From contig CAWBCJ010000010.1 of the NCBI GenBank assembly GCA_963787255.1, positions 96,001 to 160,000 of the forward strand: a stretch of DNA of 64,000 bases, read 5' to 3'. The stretch's first letter is position 1. Each line of letters starts with the position of its first letter. Both the position numbers and the translations under genes were made by a program. The notes under the pieces were generated by a model that did not search any database, was not told where the DNA came from, and saw only the letters and a list, made by a program, of their open reading frames with translations. Of this stretch, positions 52,231 through 63,443 are shown piece after piece. Origin of the DNA: Methanobacteriota archaeon. GTDB lineage: Archaea > Methanobacteriota > Methanobacteria > Methanobacteriales > Methanobacteriaceae.

Positions 52231-52443
52231 CTATTCTACTATTTCTGCAAAAGCGAAATTTCTTCTTACGGAATTAACTCTAATTTTAACTTCATCGCCC
52301 ACTTTTGCTCCAGATACAAAAACAATGAAGCCTTCTATTTTAGCAATTCCGTCTCCATCTTTCCCCATATCTTCAATTTTAACATCGTATTCTTCTCCTT
52401 CATTTATAGGAGCAATATTTCCTCTATTATCTCTTCCAAACAA
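52231..52443 (-). CDS. Single TRAM domain RNA-binding protein (archaeal cold-shock type)
   Basis: [39 protein letters not shown]; GGATGTGA RBS, TTG start. Confidence 0.92.
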   Translation of the reverse strand: MFGRDNRGNIAPINEGEEYDVKIEDMGKDGDGIAKIEGFIVFVSGAKVGDEVKIRVNSVRRNFAFAEIVE

Positions 52444-52582
52444 TTCATCACATCCTTAAATATAGCTAATAAAATGGTTTATACAATTTTTTATTTTGGA
52501 TACTATATAAAATGATGCATATAAAAGAAAAATGAGAAAAATTAAAGTACCCTTAGGATTAACTCTCATTCTACAATATAAT

Positions 52583-52665
52583 AAGTCTTTAGTGGACTTT
52601 TTTTATCCTCTGACTTACAAAGTCCGTCGAACAGGAAGTATAGCCATTAAATTGGATATAAGGCT
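52583..52665 (-). promoter_or_regulatory. Promoter and structured 5' leader of the TRAM gene
   Basis: CTTATAT box, then GACTTT able to pair with either AAGTC or AAAGTC; duplicated at 51884-51966. Confidence 0.55.
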
Positions 52666-52783
52666 TGAATATGAGATTATATGGAATATTGAGTATCATT
52701 ACTTTTTTTATTTGAAAATTTAGAATTTAAATACTTTATAAGATAAAAAGAAATTTAAGAAATAAGTAATAATAATATTCATT

Positions 52784-53716
52784 ATGGTTATTACAAAATT
52801 TGATAAGGAAAAATTTCTTAAATTTATCAAATTAGGAAAACCCCACCTAGCAGGTAGTTTATTTTTTTATTTTTCTATAGGGGCATTACTTGCCATTTTA
52901 TTCAATGCACAATTCGATTTAAGTAAATTTATACTGGGATGGATCATAATATTTTTGTCTGGATGGGCAGTTCATTACCATAATGATTACTTTGATTTTA
53001 AAACAGACCATTATACAATACCCACTGCTATTTCTGGTGGCAGCGGGATCCTAATAGAACATCCTGAATGGAGAAAATTATCACTAATAATGGCCATCAC
53101 ATTAATTGCTTTGTCTATTGCTCTTTCAATAATTTTTACTTTAATTTTTTCATATCCTACTACTTTTATCTTTTTTGTTATTATTGGTAATATTATAGCA
53201 TGGTTTTACGCTGCTCCCCCTATTAAATTATCTTATCGAGGATTAGGTGAATTTGGAAACACTGCAATTGGTCTTCTATTTCCAGGAATGGGTTATTTTA
53301 CGTTAATGGGAACTTTAAACCTTCCTTTCTTCATTTTTATCATACCGATGTTGTTTTTACAAATGTTATTTGCAAATAGTGTAGAGATCCCGGATATGGA
53401 AGGAGATAGAATTGGGGGTAAAATTACATGGATAGTTTCAAGAGGCCGTAAATTTGGTTTTAAAGTAATTGCAATTTCGGGATTGATGGCCACAATGTCA
53501 TTTCTTTCTTTATCTCTCACAAGTATATTTCCTTCAAATATTGATTTTAGAATACTAGCGATAATATCATTAATTCCACTAAGTTTAGGAATTATAGAGC
53601 TAATAAAGAAACCAATAGATAAAAAATCTGCCACTAAATTCTGCACCTATAATCTTGCTTCAATCATCGTAACAGCAATTTTAATTAATTTTTATTTTAT
53701 ATATCTCATACTATAA
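52784..53716 (+). CDS. UbiA/MenA-like prenyltransferase (paralog 1)
   Basis: HYHNDYFD, SGGSG, YAAPPIKLSYRGLGE, EIPDMEGD..GGKIT. Confidence 0.88.
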   Translation: MVITKFDKEKFLKFIKLGKPHLAGSLFFYFSIGALLAILFNAQFDLSKFILGWIIIFLSGWAVHYHNDYFDFKTDHYTIPTAISGGSGILIEHPEWRKLSLIMAITLIALSIALSIIFTLIFSYPTTFIFFVIIGNIIAWFYAAPPIKLSYRGLGEFGNTAIGLLFPGMGYFTLMGTLNLPFFIFIIPMLFLQMLFANSVEIPDMEGDRIGGKITWIVSRGRKFGFKVIAISGLMATMSFLSLSLTSIFPSNIDFRILAIISLIPLSLGIIELIKKPIDKKSATKFCTYNLASIIVTAILINFYFIYLIL

Positions 53717-53743
53717 GTAAATAATATATTAGACAGGTAGAAA

Positions 53744-54667
53744 ATGAATAAAAACACTGATACTTTATTTAAAATTATTAAGTTAGGAAGACCGCATGTT
53801 TTAGCGGGTAATTTTCTTCTTTTTACCATGGGAGCATTGCTCGCAGTATTATTGAACGCACAATTTAACTTAAACGAATTTATATTTGGATATTCTATTT
53901 TATTTACAGCCCATCTTTCAGTGCATTACAGTAATGATTATTTTGATTTTGAAGCAGATCATTATAATATTCCAAATGCAATTTCAAATGGTAGAGGGAT
54001 TCTTGTTGAAAATCCCTATTTAAAAGAGTTTTCAAAACTATTTTCTATCTTTTTGATGATATTATCTCTTGCTCTTGCAGCAGTTTTTACATTTTTATTC
54101 AGTTATCCTCTAACTTTTTTCTTTTTTTTCTTGTTTGGGAACCTATTAGCATGGTTTTACACAGCTCCTCCTATAAAACTAGTTTATCGAAGATTAGGTG
54201 AAATTGCAAACATAATTGCTGTCATTATTTTTTTAGGTGCAGGTTATTTTACTTTAATGGGAACTTTAGACCTTCCTTTTTTAATTTTTTCTATACCTGT
54301 AATATTTTTGCAAATAATATTCATTAATAGCTTTGAAATACCAGATATGGAGGGGGATAAATTAGGAGGTAAAATCACATGGATAGTATCATGGGGCCGT
54401 GGATTCGGTTTTAAATTGATTGCCATTTCTGCATTTTTAGCCACTCTCTCATTTTTTCTAATTTCATTCACAAATTTATTTCCCGCAAGTATAAATTTCC
54501 GAATACTTACTTTTATATCTTTGATTCCATTGGGTTTAGCATTCATCGGATTATTTAAAAAACCAGTAGATAGAAAATCGGCAACTGAACTTGCAAGCAT
54601 TAATGTTGCATGCCTTTTTTTTATATCGATTTTAGTCAATATTTATTTTATTTATATCTTGATATAA
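53744..54667 (+). CDS. UbiA/MenA-like prenyltransferase (paralog 2)
   Basis: HYSNDYFD, YTAPPIKLVYRRLGE, EIPDMEGD..GGKIT; tandem duplicate. Confidence 0.88.
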   Translation: MNKNTDTLFKIIKLGRPHVLAGNFLLFTMGALLAVLLNAQFNLNEFIFGYSILFTAHLSVHYSNDYFDFEADHYNIPNAISNGRGILVENPYLKEFSKLFSIFLMILSLALAAVFTFLFSYPLTFFFFFLFGNLLAWFYTAPPIKLVYRRLGEIANIIAVIIFLGAGYFTLMGTLDLPFLIFSIPVIFLQIIFINSFEIPDMEGDKLGGKITWIVSWGRGFGFKLIAISAFLATLSFFLISFTNLFPASINFRILTFISLIPLGLAFIGLFKKPVDRKSATELASINVACLFFISILVNIYFIYILI

Positions 54668-54969
54668 TATTATAAAAACAAAAAGAATTCCTCCGTTCCC
54701 TTATTAAAAGAGAAAAAGATATTATACCCGTTTAAAAATAAAAATATTATTAATTATACATAAATAAAACTCTATACTTTTTTAAATTAAATTTGATACT
54801 TTTTAACAATTTAATGAATTTTTAGTTATTAGACTCTTCATCTTTACTTTTCCCGAAGCCCTTAAGATTATATTAAAGTATCCCTAAAAGGGCATAGAAA
54901 TCCTACCCTACGGTCAATATCACGTATTTTTGGTTGTATATACTCTTTTTTTATAATTGCGGAATATTA

Positions 54970-55113
54970 AAATTTAAAGAACGCAGAAAAGCAGTCGAGC
55001 ATCATGTTGAAGAAGAAGATAAACTCTTCCCAAAATCCAAAAAAAAGTTAAAAGACGATGAATAAAAAGAAATGGCCACCAAGATAGAGGAAGAAAAATC
55101 AAAAATGATGTAA
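54970..55113 (+). pseudogene. C-terminal remnant of a hemerythrin-domain gene
   Basis: Reads AVEHHVEEEDKLFPKSKKKLKDDE*KEMATKIEEEKSKMM*; HHxxEE..LFP motif, internal stop, no start. Confidence 0.6.
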
Positions 55114-55305
55114 ATCCCATATTTTTTATTGAAGTGATTAATGAAATTTTAGTTTAGCAACGTTTTTAATAAACATGCTTATTAATATTCTTTTCTAAAA
55201 ATAAACCGATAGAAAGTAATATTAATATTAAGTTTCATAATATCGTTAGACATCTGACTTATTATATCCAATAGGTGTCCAATATTATTATCAGGAGCGT
55301 TATAA

Positions 55306-55488
55306 ATGGTGGAAAAAAGCAAATGGATAATTAAATGTGATAGCTGTGGAAAGGAATATGATATACCTCAAAATATTCCAACAAAAATTGAGGACATGGA
55401 AGGGCAAGATCAGATGGTTCTTGAGGCCCCGCCAGAATGTCCATCCTGCAAAACCATGAATTCACGTCTTGCAACCTTAAAATCTTAA
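55306..55488 (+). CDS. Small zinc-ribbon protein
   Basis: CDSCG ... CPSC; AGGAG RBS. Confidence 0.75.
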   Translation: MVEKSKWIIKCDSCGKEYDIPQNIPTKIEDMEGQDQMVLEAPPECPSCKTMNSRLATLKS

Positions 55489-55493
55489 AGAAT

Positions 55494-55760
55494 TTATTTA
55501 GCCATCATCTTTATGTGGTTAATTTTTTCTGTTACTGTCAATAGATTGTTAGTTAATTGTTCTAATTTATCTGCCACAATAGATTCGGTCATTTCTTCTA
55601 AATGGGGTTCATAAAGCATTGTGAAAACTTTTAGCTCATCTTTAGAATGATTTTCCCTATTATATTTTCCAATATGTTCTAATCCTAACTGGAGCTCTTC
55701 ATATGCCCGTATCTGCCCGATTAGACTAATTTTCTGGTTAGTCAGTTGCTCTAATTCCAT
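55494..55760 (-). CDS. Hypothetical protein
   Basis: GGGGAGTGG RBS; 88-aa helical ORF. Confidence 0.7.
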   Translation of the reverse strand: MELEQLTNQKISLIGQIRAYEELQLGLEHIGKYNRENHSKDELKVFTMLYEPHLEEMTESIVADKLEQLTNNLLTVTEKINHIKMMAK

Positions 55761-56418
55761 ATATCCACTCCCCTACGTGATTTATATAAAATATATTAGT
55801 TGATTAAAAGTTATTATCATTATTTTAGCTTTATTTTGTTAAAAAAGCTCAATAATATCTAAAAACCATTTAATATATTACCTGGGCTTAGAACTATAAA
55901 TTATACCGCATAATAAATGGTTCTACAAATCTTAAATTATTAAATTTATCTATGGAGTATATTATGTTTTTTTTTAAATAAATATATTTGCATGAAAATT
56001 TTAGAACTTTTAATCTTAGATATAGAAATATGGTTCTAGTTTAAAAAATAAGCAGATATTGTCAATTCATGCCCATTAAGAATATTTTATAAAGCTTATA
56101 TCGTAAATAAAGGTTATTAATTACTATTAATGGAAAAGTTCAATTTTTATGAAAAAGAATTTTAATAGTTCATAATATAACATTTTCTTCCAAACTGTTT
56201 ATTCTATTAAAAATTTAAATGAATTATGATATCATAGGTGTTATCTTGTTGGAAAAAGAAGCTAGAAGTGTTGATTCTTGATTTGTAAGTATAAATAATA
56301 TTAAGAGAATGAATTAATATATTTAATAAAAATATTATTTTTATAAACTTTTAAATACTTTTAAAATAAATTTCTAAAAAAATAGTCAATTCAATTAAAA
56401 AAGATCAGAGGACGAAAT

Positions 56419-58812
56419 ATGAATGCAAAAGAAGTTCTATCCAAATCTAAACCAATAATAATCATAATAATACTATTCTCAATAGTATTTTTACTTAGAG
56501 CGGATTCGGTATATTTGTCCAGCATACCTGACGATTTGAAGTCTTTTTATCAGGATCAAAACGGACAACCTTATTTTAGTGAAATGGATTCTTATTATAA
56601 CTATAGAATGACCCAGGATTACCTGGAAAACGGCCATTTAGGTGATGTAATAATTAACGGCACGCAATGGGATCAGCATTCATATTATCCTGAGGGTAGA
56701 TCTGCAGAATATCCTCCTTTAATTGTATATATAACGGCTTTTGTCTATAAATTCCTGAATTTATTCACCACAATTCCTTTAACCGCGGTCAGTTATTGGA
56801 TTGCACCAATTATCGCGTCTCTATGTGTTATTCCGGCATATTTGTTTGTAAGTAGGCTTACTAATGACTATGGAGGAATAGCTGCAGCACTTTTGGTAGC
56901 ATTAGCACCTGCCTATTTTGCACACACATTTGCAGGATTTTTTGATACAGACATGTTCAATGTGATTATGCCAATTCTGGTAGTATGGTTCTTTGTTGAA
57001 AGTATGCGTGCAAATAACATTAAGAATAGATCAATTTTTGTAATCCTTTCTGCAGTTTCCATGTTCATATTTTCTACTGCATGGGAAGGATGGTGGTATA
57101 TGTTTTACATCGTTATTGGTGTAGGCGTAGTATACCTATTAGTATCTAACTACCTCTTTAAAATGAAAACAATAAAGCCATTTAAAGAGTATCCTGACAA
57201 AATTACATGGTTTAAGGATCAAAAAGCGCTTTTCACACTATTAATTTTCATCGTCGCAAGCTCTATTTTAATCATGTTTAATTTGGGTGTATCCGGATTC
57301 TTTGGAACATTAATAAGTGCATTCGGATTTACAAACATTCAATCATCTGTTCAGGGTACTTCCTATCCAAACGTATTGGTTTCTATTTCAGAACTGCAGA
57401 TACCTACAATTTCTGATGTTGCAAGCGGTACTGGAATAGGTGCATTTGTACTTGGTATTTTGTGTGTTCCATTATTAATCTGGAAATTTAAACCGGATTT
57501 AATTAAAAGTGAGAGCAATAATAAAAATAAAGCTCCAAAAAGGAAAACAAAACCAAGAAGGAGACAAAAAAGAAATAAGACTGAAATTGCAGAAGAAAAG
57601 ATCAAAGAAACAAAAAAGGTAATAGATCCTGCATTAATGAAGAAAAGAATGAATTACCTTCTTTACATAGTCTTATTTGCCGTATGGCTTTTATTAACTG
57701 CATACACCGTTACCAAAGGTTCAAGGTTCATTGAAGGATTTTCAATCCCAATTGGACTAGCTGCAGGTCTTTTCATAGGTTTAATAGTTCCTAACATTGC
57801 AAAACGCATTAAAAATGCTAAATATTGCGCAATAGCAATGTTAATTATAATTGCGGCCGTTTCGTATCCTTCTGTTGCAGGAGCATACACTATTTCCAAT
57901 TCAGTAATTCCAGGTACAGATGATTCAATGTACAGTTCTTTGGAATACATTAAAAACAACACTGCAGAAAATACAGTTATCACTTCCTGGTGGGATTTCG
58001 GCCACCTTTTTGCAGCAGTATCTGATAGACCTATAACGTTTGATGGGGCTTCTCAAAACAATCCAAGAGCATATTGGGTTGGAAAAGCACTTTTAACTAA
58101 CAATGAAGATCTTTCTGCAGGAATACTTAGAATGTTAACGACAAGTGGAGATAAAGGATACCTTACCCTTGAAAACTACACAAAAAATACTGGAAAGAGT
58201 GTAGAAATACTGGATAAGATTTTGCCAGTTGATAAACAGAGTGCACAGACAATATTAATCAATGAGTATAAATTAACTCCTGATCAAGCGCAAAATGTCC
58301 TTAAATACACACATCCTGACAATCCTAATCCTCATGTGTTTATTACAAGCAGCGATATGCTTGGTAAAGCAGCATGGTGGTCTTACTTTGGAGGATGGAA
58401 TTTCCAGAATAACACAGGACAGCATTATATTTACTCTGCAGCACAGGCAACACCACAGAACGTTAATGGAACAACAGTACTCACAGCTGAAAATGGAGTA
58501 GTAGCTCAGATAAATGGAACTGAAATAACTGCTGGACTTAAGTATAGTCAGGGTAATCAGACACAGATAATAGCACCTCACAAACTTACAGTAATAGCGA
58601 ATAACAAATTAGTCAAAAATGAGGTAGTTTCCAGTGAAAGCCCAATTAGCATAATCCTGATAGTTGAAAACAACACCAGTTTAGCAATTGTAATGAACAA
58701 GGAGCTTGAAGATTCCATGTTCACCCGTTTGTTCATCTTTAGAGGTGCAGGACTTAGTAAATTTAAGATTGCTTATGAAAAACCGGGAGTAACTGTCTGG
58801 AACGTGACTTAA
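56419..58812 (+). CDS. aglB: Oligosaccharyltransferase AglB (STT3 family)
   Basis: EMDSYY, GFFDTD, SISEL, SWWDFGH, multiple TM helices. Confidence 0.93.
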   Translation: MNAKEVLSKSKPIIIIIILFSIVFLLRADSVYLSSIPDDLKSFYQDQNGQPYFSEMDSYYNYRMTQDYLENGHLGDVIINGTQWDQHSYYPEGRSAEYPPLIVYITAFVYKFLNLFTTIPLTAVSYWIAPIIASLCVIPAYLFVSRLTNDYGGIAAALLVALAPAYFAHTFAGFFDTDMFNVIMPILVVWFFVESMRANNIKNRSIFVILSAVSMFIFSTAWEGWWYMFYIVIGVGVVYLLVSNYLFKMKTIKPFKEYPDKITWFKDQKALFTLLIFIVASSILIMFNLGVSGFFGTLISAFGFTNIQSSVQGTSYPNVLVSISELQIPTISDVASGTGIGAFVLGILCVPLLIWKFKPDLIKSESNNKNKAPKRKTKPRRRQKRNKTEIAEEKIKETKKVIDPALMKKRMNYLLYIVLFAVWLLLTAYTVTKGSRFIEGFSIPIGLAAGLFIGLIVPNIAKRIKNAKYCAIAMLIIIAAVSYPSVAGAYTISNSVIPGTDDSMYSSLEYIKNNTAENTVITSWWDFGHLFAAVSDRPITFDGASQNNPRAYWVGKALLTNNEDLSAGILRMLTTSGDKGYLTLENYTKNTGKSVEILDKILPVDKQSAQTILINEYKLTPDQAQNVLKYTHPDNPNPHVFITSSDMLGKAAWWSYFGGWNFQNNTGQHYIYSAAQATPQNVNGTTVLTAENGVVAQINGTEITAGLKYSQGNQTQIIAPHKLTVIANNKLVKNEVVSSESPISIILIVENNTSLAIVMNKELEDSMFTRLFIFRGAGLSKFKIAYEKPGVTVWNVT

Positions 58813-58834
58813 AAAAGAATAGGATTAAGAATAA

Positions 58835-58856
58835 TAGATTCCAAATCTGGAATCTA
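58835..58856. terminator. Inverted repeat between the convergent aglB and CBS genes
   Basis: TAGATTCCA-AATC-TGGAATCTA followed by a T-run. Confidence 0.5.
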
Positions 58857-58866
58857 ATATTTTTTT

Positions 58867-59247
58867 TTACATTATTTTTCGAATTTTATCTATAAGGATA
58901 TCTGTAGCACTAACTATCCCTACAATTTGCCCTGCTTCTTCTACAGGTAATCTCCAGATACCGTGATCTGCCATTTCTTTTGCGGCCTTTTCAACAGGAG
59001 TATCACTATGGACTGTTACAAGGTGAGTTTCCATGGTGTCATGGACTTTAACGTCTTTTAAATTATCTTTAGACCCTATTGCTTCTAAAATGTCCCATGT
59101 GGTAACTATTCCTACAACTTCTCCATTTTTTTCCACTATTAAGCTTCCACCTTCACCTTCTTCGGTTGATTTCTTTAAAGCAGCTTCCAAAGTTTCATTT
59201 TCACCTATAGTTTCAACTCCTTCCACCATGATTTCTTTAACTTCCAT
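58867..59247 (-). CDS. CBS domain pair protein
   Basis: VGIVTTWDI and VGIVSATDI; GGTGA RBS. Confidence 0.9.
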   Translation of the reverse strand: MEVKEIMVEGVETIGENETLEAALKKSTEEGEGGSLIVEKNGEVVGIVTTWDILEAIGSKDNLKDVKVHDTMETHLVTVHSDTPVEKAAKEMADHGIWRLPVEEAGQIVGIVSATDILIDKIRKIM

Positions 59248-59722
59248 TGTATCACCTTTTTTAGTTTTTAAAATTTTAAGGTAAATTTCACAAATATTAT
59301 TAAGTTTAAAGTAATTATTATCATTTTCTGTTAAAATTCCATTTTCATTTTACTAAAAACATTTTTAAGGATAAAAAATTAATAATAGTTATATTTAATT
59401 ATAGTCAAGTGCAAAAGCTTTTAAACTAAATAACTCCACGGGATAATGGAAAAGACAAATTAATATTAAATAACTGAACACATATCCCCGATTTTTATGA
59501 ATAAATTCAATAAATCATGCTCTTAACTATAATAAAATGTTTAAAGGACTATAATTTTAAATGGAGTGTTATTGTTCATATAATCGTCATTAAACTAACT
59601 CCTTATCTGGAATTTAAGTAAAATTCCGTATATTTTGCAAAAAAAAGCGTAGTAAGGAGTTAATATTAAATTTACTAATCAACAACAATTTTTCAATTTA
59701 AACTAATTTTTATGTGATAATT

Positions 59723-60817
59723 ATGGCTCTTGAGGATAGAATTAAACAGATTGAAGATGAAATTAAAAAAACGCCATATAATAAGGCCACTTCACACCAC
59801 ATAGGTAAACTTAAAGCTAAATTATCAAAGCTTAAAGAAGACTCCTTACAAAGAAGCAGTAAATCGACTAAAGGGAAAGGATTTCACATTAAAAAAAGTG
59901 GAGATTCCACAGTTGTGCTTGTAGGGTTCCCTTCAGTTGGAAAATCAACAATTCTAAATGACATCACCAATGCAGAATCTAAAATTGGAGAATACGAATT
60001 TACAACACTTGAAATAATTCCAGGGATTATGGAATATGAGGGTGCAAAAATTCAGATACTTGATATTCCCGGAATAATTACCGGAGCTTCAAGGGGTAAA
60101 GGTCGTGGAAGGGAGATTCTCTCAGTTGCAAGAAACGCTGATTTAATATTAATTATTCTTGATGTATTTAACCCCCAACATTTTGATGTTATAACAGATG
60201 AGCTTAAAAATATAGGCATAAGACCAAATGAAGAGCGTTCAGATGTTACTGTAAAACAGAAAAAGATGGGAGGGCTCAGGGTTTCTTCTACAGTGGAACT
60301 TACGAATATCGATGAGAGAACCATCAGATCAGTATTGAATGAATATGGAATACACAGTGCTGATGTCCTTATAAGGAACGATGTGACTGTAGATCAATTT
60401 ATTGATAGTTTAGATGTAAGCTGCAAGTATATTCCTACTTTAAAGGTTGTAAATAAGATAGATTTAGCAGATAAAGATTATCTTAATAAAATTGAATATG
60501 AAATGCCAGATGCAATGTTTATATCTGCAAATAAGCAAATTAATGTTGAAGAACTTAAAAGAGAAATATTTGATAAATTGGCCCTTATCCGTATATATTT
60601 AAAGCCTCAAGGTAAAAAGGCTGATTATGAGGAACCACTTATAATAAGGAGAGATTCTACAGTTAAAGATGTGGCAAATAAACTCCACCGAGATTTTGTT
60701 AGGAATTTTAGGCATGCCAAAATTTGGGGAACATCTGTAAAATTTGAAGGTCAAAAAGTAGGATTAGATCATGTTTTAAACGATGGCGATGTTTTGAGAA
60801 TCATAGTAAAAAAATAA
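59723..60817 (+). CDS. DRG/OBG family GTPase with TGS domain
   Basis: [30 protein letters not shown]-terminal TGS. Confidence 0.93.
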   Translation: MALEDRIKQIEDEIKKTPYNKATSHHIGKLKAKLSKLKEDSLQRSSKSTKGKGFHIKKSGDSTVVLVGFPSVGKSTILNDITNAESKIGEYEFTTLEIIPGIMEYEGAKIQILDIPGIITGASRGKGRGREILSVARNADLILIILDVFNPQHFDVITDELKNIGIRPNEERSDVTVKQKKMGGLRVSSTVELTNIDERTIRSVLNEYGIHSADVLIRNDVTVDQFIDSLDVSCKYIPTLKVVNKIDLADKDYLNKIEYEMPDAMFISANKQINVEELKREIFDKLALIRIYLKPQGKKADYEEPLIIRRDSTVKDVANKLHRDFVRNFRHAKIWGTSVKFEGQKVGLDHVLNDGDVLRIIVKK

Positions 60818-60865
60818 CAATAGTGATATTAATAAAATAAATAAATAATAAACTGAAAGTTTATA

Positions 60866-61657
60866 ATGGGTGAAAAAATGAAACTGGATGACGTAATAAT
60901 ATCAAAAGCAATAATTCAGAGCTTTATGGAAGATTTCATTGATTATACAGACATTGATGTAGCAATAGGTGGGGGAGGACCAGCAGGACTTACAGCAGGT
61001 TATTACCTTGCCAAGGCAGGTCTTAAAGTTGCATTATTCGAAAGAAAATTAAGCATAGGCGGCGGAATGTGGGGCGGCGGCATGATGTTCAATAAAATAG
61101 TCGTTCAAGAAGAAAGTAGAAGAATTCTCGATGAATTCGGAATAAGAACCCAAAGATACGAAGAAGACTACTATTTAGCCGACTCTATAGAATCTGTTTC
61201 AACTTTATGTTCTAAAGCAACCCAAGCAGGCCTTAAAATATTTAACCTCATGAGTATTGAAGATGTAATGATCCAAGAAAACGAAGAAATTACAGGGCTT
61301 GTTTTAAACTGGAGTGCAGTTGAAATGGGAGGATTACACGTTGATCCACTAACTATAAGAACAAAAGCGGTTGTTGATGCAACAGGACACGACTGTGAAG
61401 TAGTAAAAGTCGTGGAAAGAAAAGTTGGACCAAATCTTAACACAAAAACTGGTAAAATCATTGGAGAAAAACCAATGTGGGCAGAAGTTGGAGAAAAAGC
61501 ACTTATGGATAATACTAAGGAAGTCTATCCAGGATTATACGTTACAGGAATGGCTGCAAACGCTGTTTACGGATCTCCAAGAATGGGTCCAATATTTGGC
61601 GGAATGCTGTTATCCGGTGAAAAAATAGCTCAAATACTCATTGAAAAATTAAAATAA
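60866..61657 (+). CDS. thi4: Sulfide-dependent adenosine diphosphate thiazole synthase
   Basis: [20 protein letters not shown] (His type), [20 protein letters not shown]. Confidence 0.95.
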   Translation: MGEKMKLDDVIISKAIIQSFMEDFIDYTDIDVAIGGGGPAGLTAGYYLAKAGLKVALFERKLSIGGGMWGGGMMFNKIVVQEESRRILDEFGIRTQRYEEDYYLADSIESVSTLCSKATQAGLKIFNLMSIEDVMIQENEEITGLVLNWSAVEMGGLHVDPLTIRTKAVVDATGHDCEVVKVVERKVGPNLNTKTGKIIGEKPMWAEVGEKALMDNTKEVYPGLYVTGMAANAVYGSPRMGPIFGGMLLSGEKIAQILIEKLK

Positions 61658-61662
61658 AAAAA

Positions 61663-62223
61663 ATGATAATTCTAATTACAGGAACTCCAGGAGTGGGAAA
61701 AACCACTATTTCTAAAATTCTAGCAGAAAAATTAAATGCTCATCTTTTAGCCATCAATGAATTGGTGGATGAAAAGCATCTTTATACGGGCATTGATGAA
61801 GAACGAGGATATAAGATAGTGGATTTAGATGCCCTGTTTAATGAAATAGATAATATCATTGAAAAGGTTGATAAATCTGATTACATTATTGTGGAAGGTC
61901 ATCTTTCACATTTTTATGAAAATTCAGATACAGTAATTGTTTTAAGGGCTAATCCTGATATTTTAAGGGAACGTTTAGAAGTTAAAGGCTGGAAAGAAGC
62001 CAAAATAAATGAAAATATTGAAGCTGAAGCCATTGGAGTTTGTTCCTATGAAGCCTATGAGATTCATGGGAAGAAAGCCAATGAAATAGATACAAGTAAT
62101 ATTTCTCCTCAAGATGTCGTTAATTTGATAATTGATGTGATAAATGGTGAAAAAAGGTTTCCTGTGGGGGATGTGGATTTTCTGGAGTATTTAGGGAAGT
62201 TTGATATTTACTCCAGTTTGTAG
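61663..62223 (+). CDS. Adenylate kinase AK6/Fap7 family
   Basis: ITGTPGVGKTT, VEGHLSH, KINENIEAE. Confidence 0.9.
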   Translation: MIILITGTPGVGKTTISKILAEKLNAHLLAINELVDEKHLYTGIDEERGYKIVDLDALFNEIDNIIEKVDKSDYIIVEGHLSHFYENSDTVIVLRANPDILRERLEVKGWKEAKINENIEAEAIGVCSYEAYEIHGKKANEIDTSNISPQDVVNLIIDVINGEKRFPVGDVDFLEYLGKFDIYSSL

Positions 62224-62292
62224 ATAGTTATATAATTGGATTGGGGGTTTTAGAATTTTCTTCTATTTGATCTAATTTAAGGATAAGCGAAT

Positions 62293-63357
62293 ATGTACGA
62301 TATAACGATTGTTGGAGCTGGACCTGCTGGTTCTGCTTTAGCAAGACTTCTAGGTAAAAAGCATAAAATACTGTTGTTAGACCGGCGTGAGTTAATATCA
62401 TATAAAGAAGGTTCTTTTGAGAAATGTTGTGGTGGGCTTATTGCGCCAGATGCACAATATATGTTAGCTGAACTCGGTTTAGGAGTACCTAAGGACGTAT
62501 TAGTTGGTCCACAACTTTTTACTGTAAGAACCATCGACATTCAGAATAACATAGAGAGGTATTATCAAAGACATTATATTAATGTTGATAGGGAAAAGTT
62601 TGATAAATGGCTTGTATCTCTTATACCATCAAATGTAGATATTCGTTGCGGGACATTATACAAATCATACGAAAGTAAGGCTGATAAAATCATTGTCAAT
62701 TTTTTATCAGACGGAAAAAGATATTATGAGGAAACAAAATTCTTAGTGGGCGCCGACGGGGCAAATTCTCTTTTGAGAAGACAACTAACAGGTAACAAGT
62801 TTGAAAAGATGTATATATCCATTCAAGAGTGGTTCAAAGTAAATCAAAATCAGCCTTATTACTCAGCGATATTTGATAATGATATATCTGATTTTTACTC
62901 GTGGACTATTCCTAAAGATGGCTATTTGATTGTTGGGGCGGCAATTACGCCCAAAGATAACGTAAATCAAAAGTTCGACTTACTAAAAGAAAGATTAATT
63001 AATTATGGTTTTGAGCTTGATAGAAGTGTAAAAAAGAATGGGGCCTTTATATTAAGACCTCAAAGTACTAAGCAGATATTTCTGGGAAAAGATAACGTGT
63101 CACTTATTGGCGAGGCGGCGGGATGGATTAGTCCGACGTCTGCAGAAGGGCTGAGTTATGCTTTTAAAAGTGCAATTGCCTTAGCTAAAAGTTTTGATAG
63201 CAATCCTGGAAATTTAATAGGGGAATATTACAAGAACACAAAAGGACTAAGGATTAACATTTCACAGAAAAACTTAAAGTCTCCTTTTATGTATAATCCA
63301 TTAATACGGAAGATATTTATGAAATCGGGGATCTTAAGTATGAATATTAATAAATAA
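62293..63357 (+). CDS. FAD-dependent oxidoreductase, CbrA/YidS-like (bacterial type)
   Basis: GAGPAG, KCCGGLIAPDAQ, PQLFTVRTID, VGADGANS, FYSWTIPKD, GEAAGWISPTSAEGLSYA. Confidence 0.85.
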   Translation: MYDITIVGAGPAGSALARLLGKKHKILLLDRRELISYKEGSFEKCCGGLIAPDAQYMLAELGLGVPKDVLVGPQLFTVRTIDIQNNIERYYQRHYINVDREKFDKWLVSLIPSNVDIRCGTLYKSYESKADKIIVNFLSDGKRYYEETKFLVGADGANSLLRRQLTGNKFEKMYISIQEWFKVNQNQPYYSAIFDNDISDFYSWTIPKDGYLIVGAAITPKDNVNQKFDLLKERLINYGFELDRSVKKNGAFILRPQSTKQIFLGKDNVSLIGEAAGWISPTSAEGLSYAFKSAIALAKSFDSNPGNLIGEYYKNTKGLRINISQKNLKSPFMYNPLIRKIFMKSGILSMNINK

Positions 63358-63368
63358 AACCATATATA

Positions 63369-63443
63369 GTCTAACAGGGTATTGCTGTAACTTAGCAGGA
63401 TGAATGCGATCAGGACGCTATAGGAATGCCCAGAACGTTAGGT
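63369..63443 (+). mobile_element. attC-like gene-cassette recombination site (degenerate)
   Basis: RYYYAAC (GTCTAAC) 11 nt after the stop codon and GTTRRRY (GTTAGGT) at the end; inner stem GGGTATTGCTGTA/TATAGGAATGCCC; GC-rich relative to flanks. Confidence 0.55.

Noticed and set aside
52532-52723. Plus-strand 63-aa ORF
   Set aside because: Overlaps the TRAM promoter/leader on the opposite strand; no coding signal.
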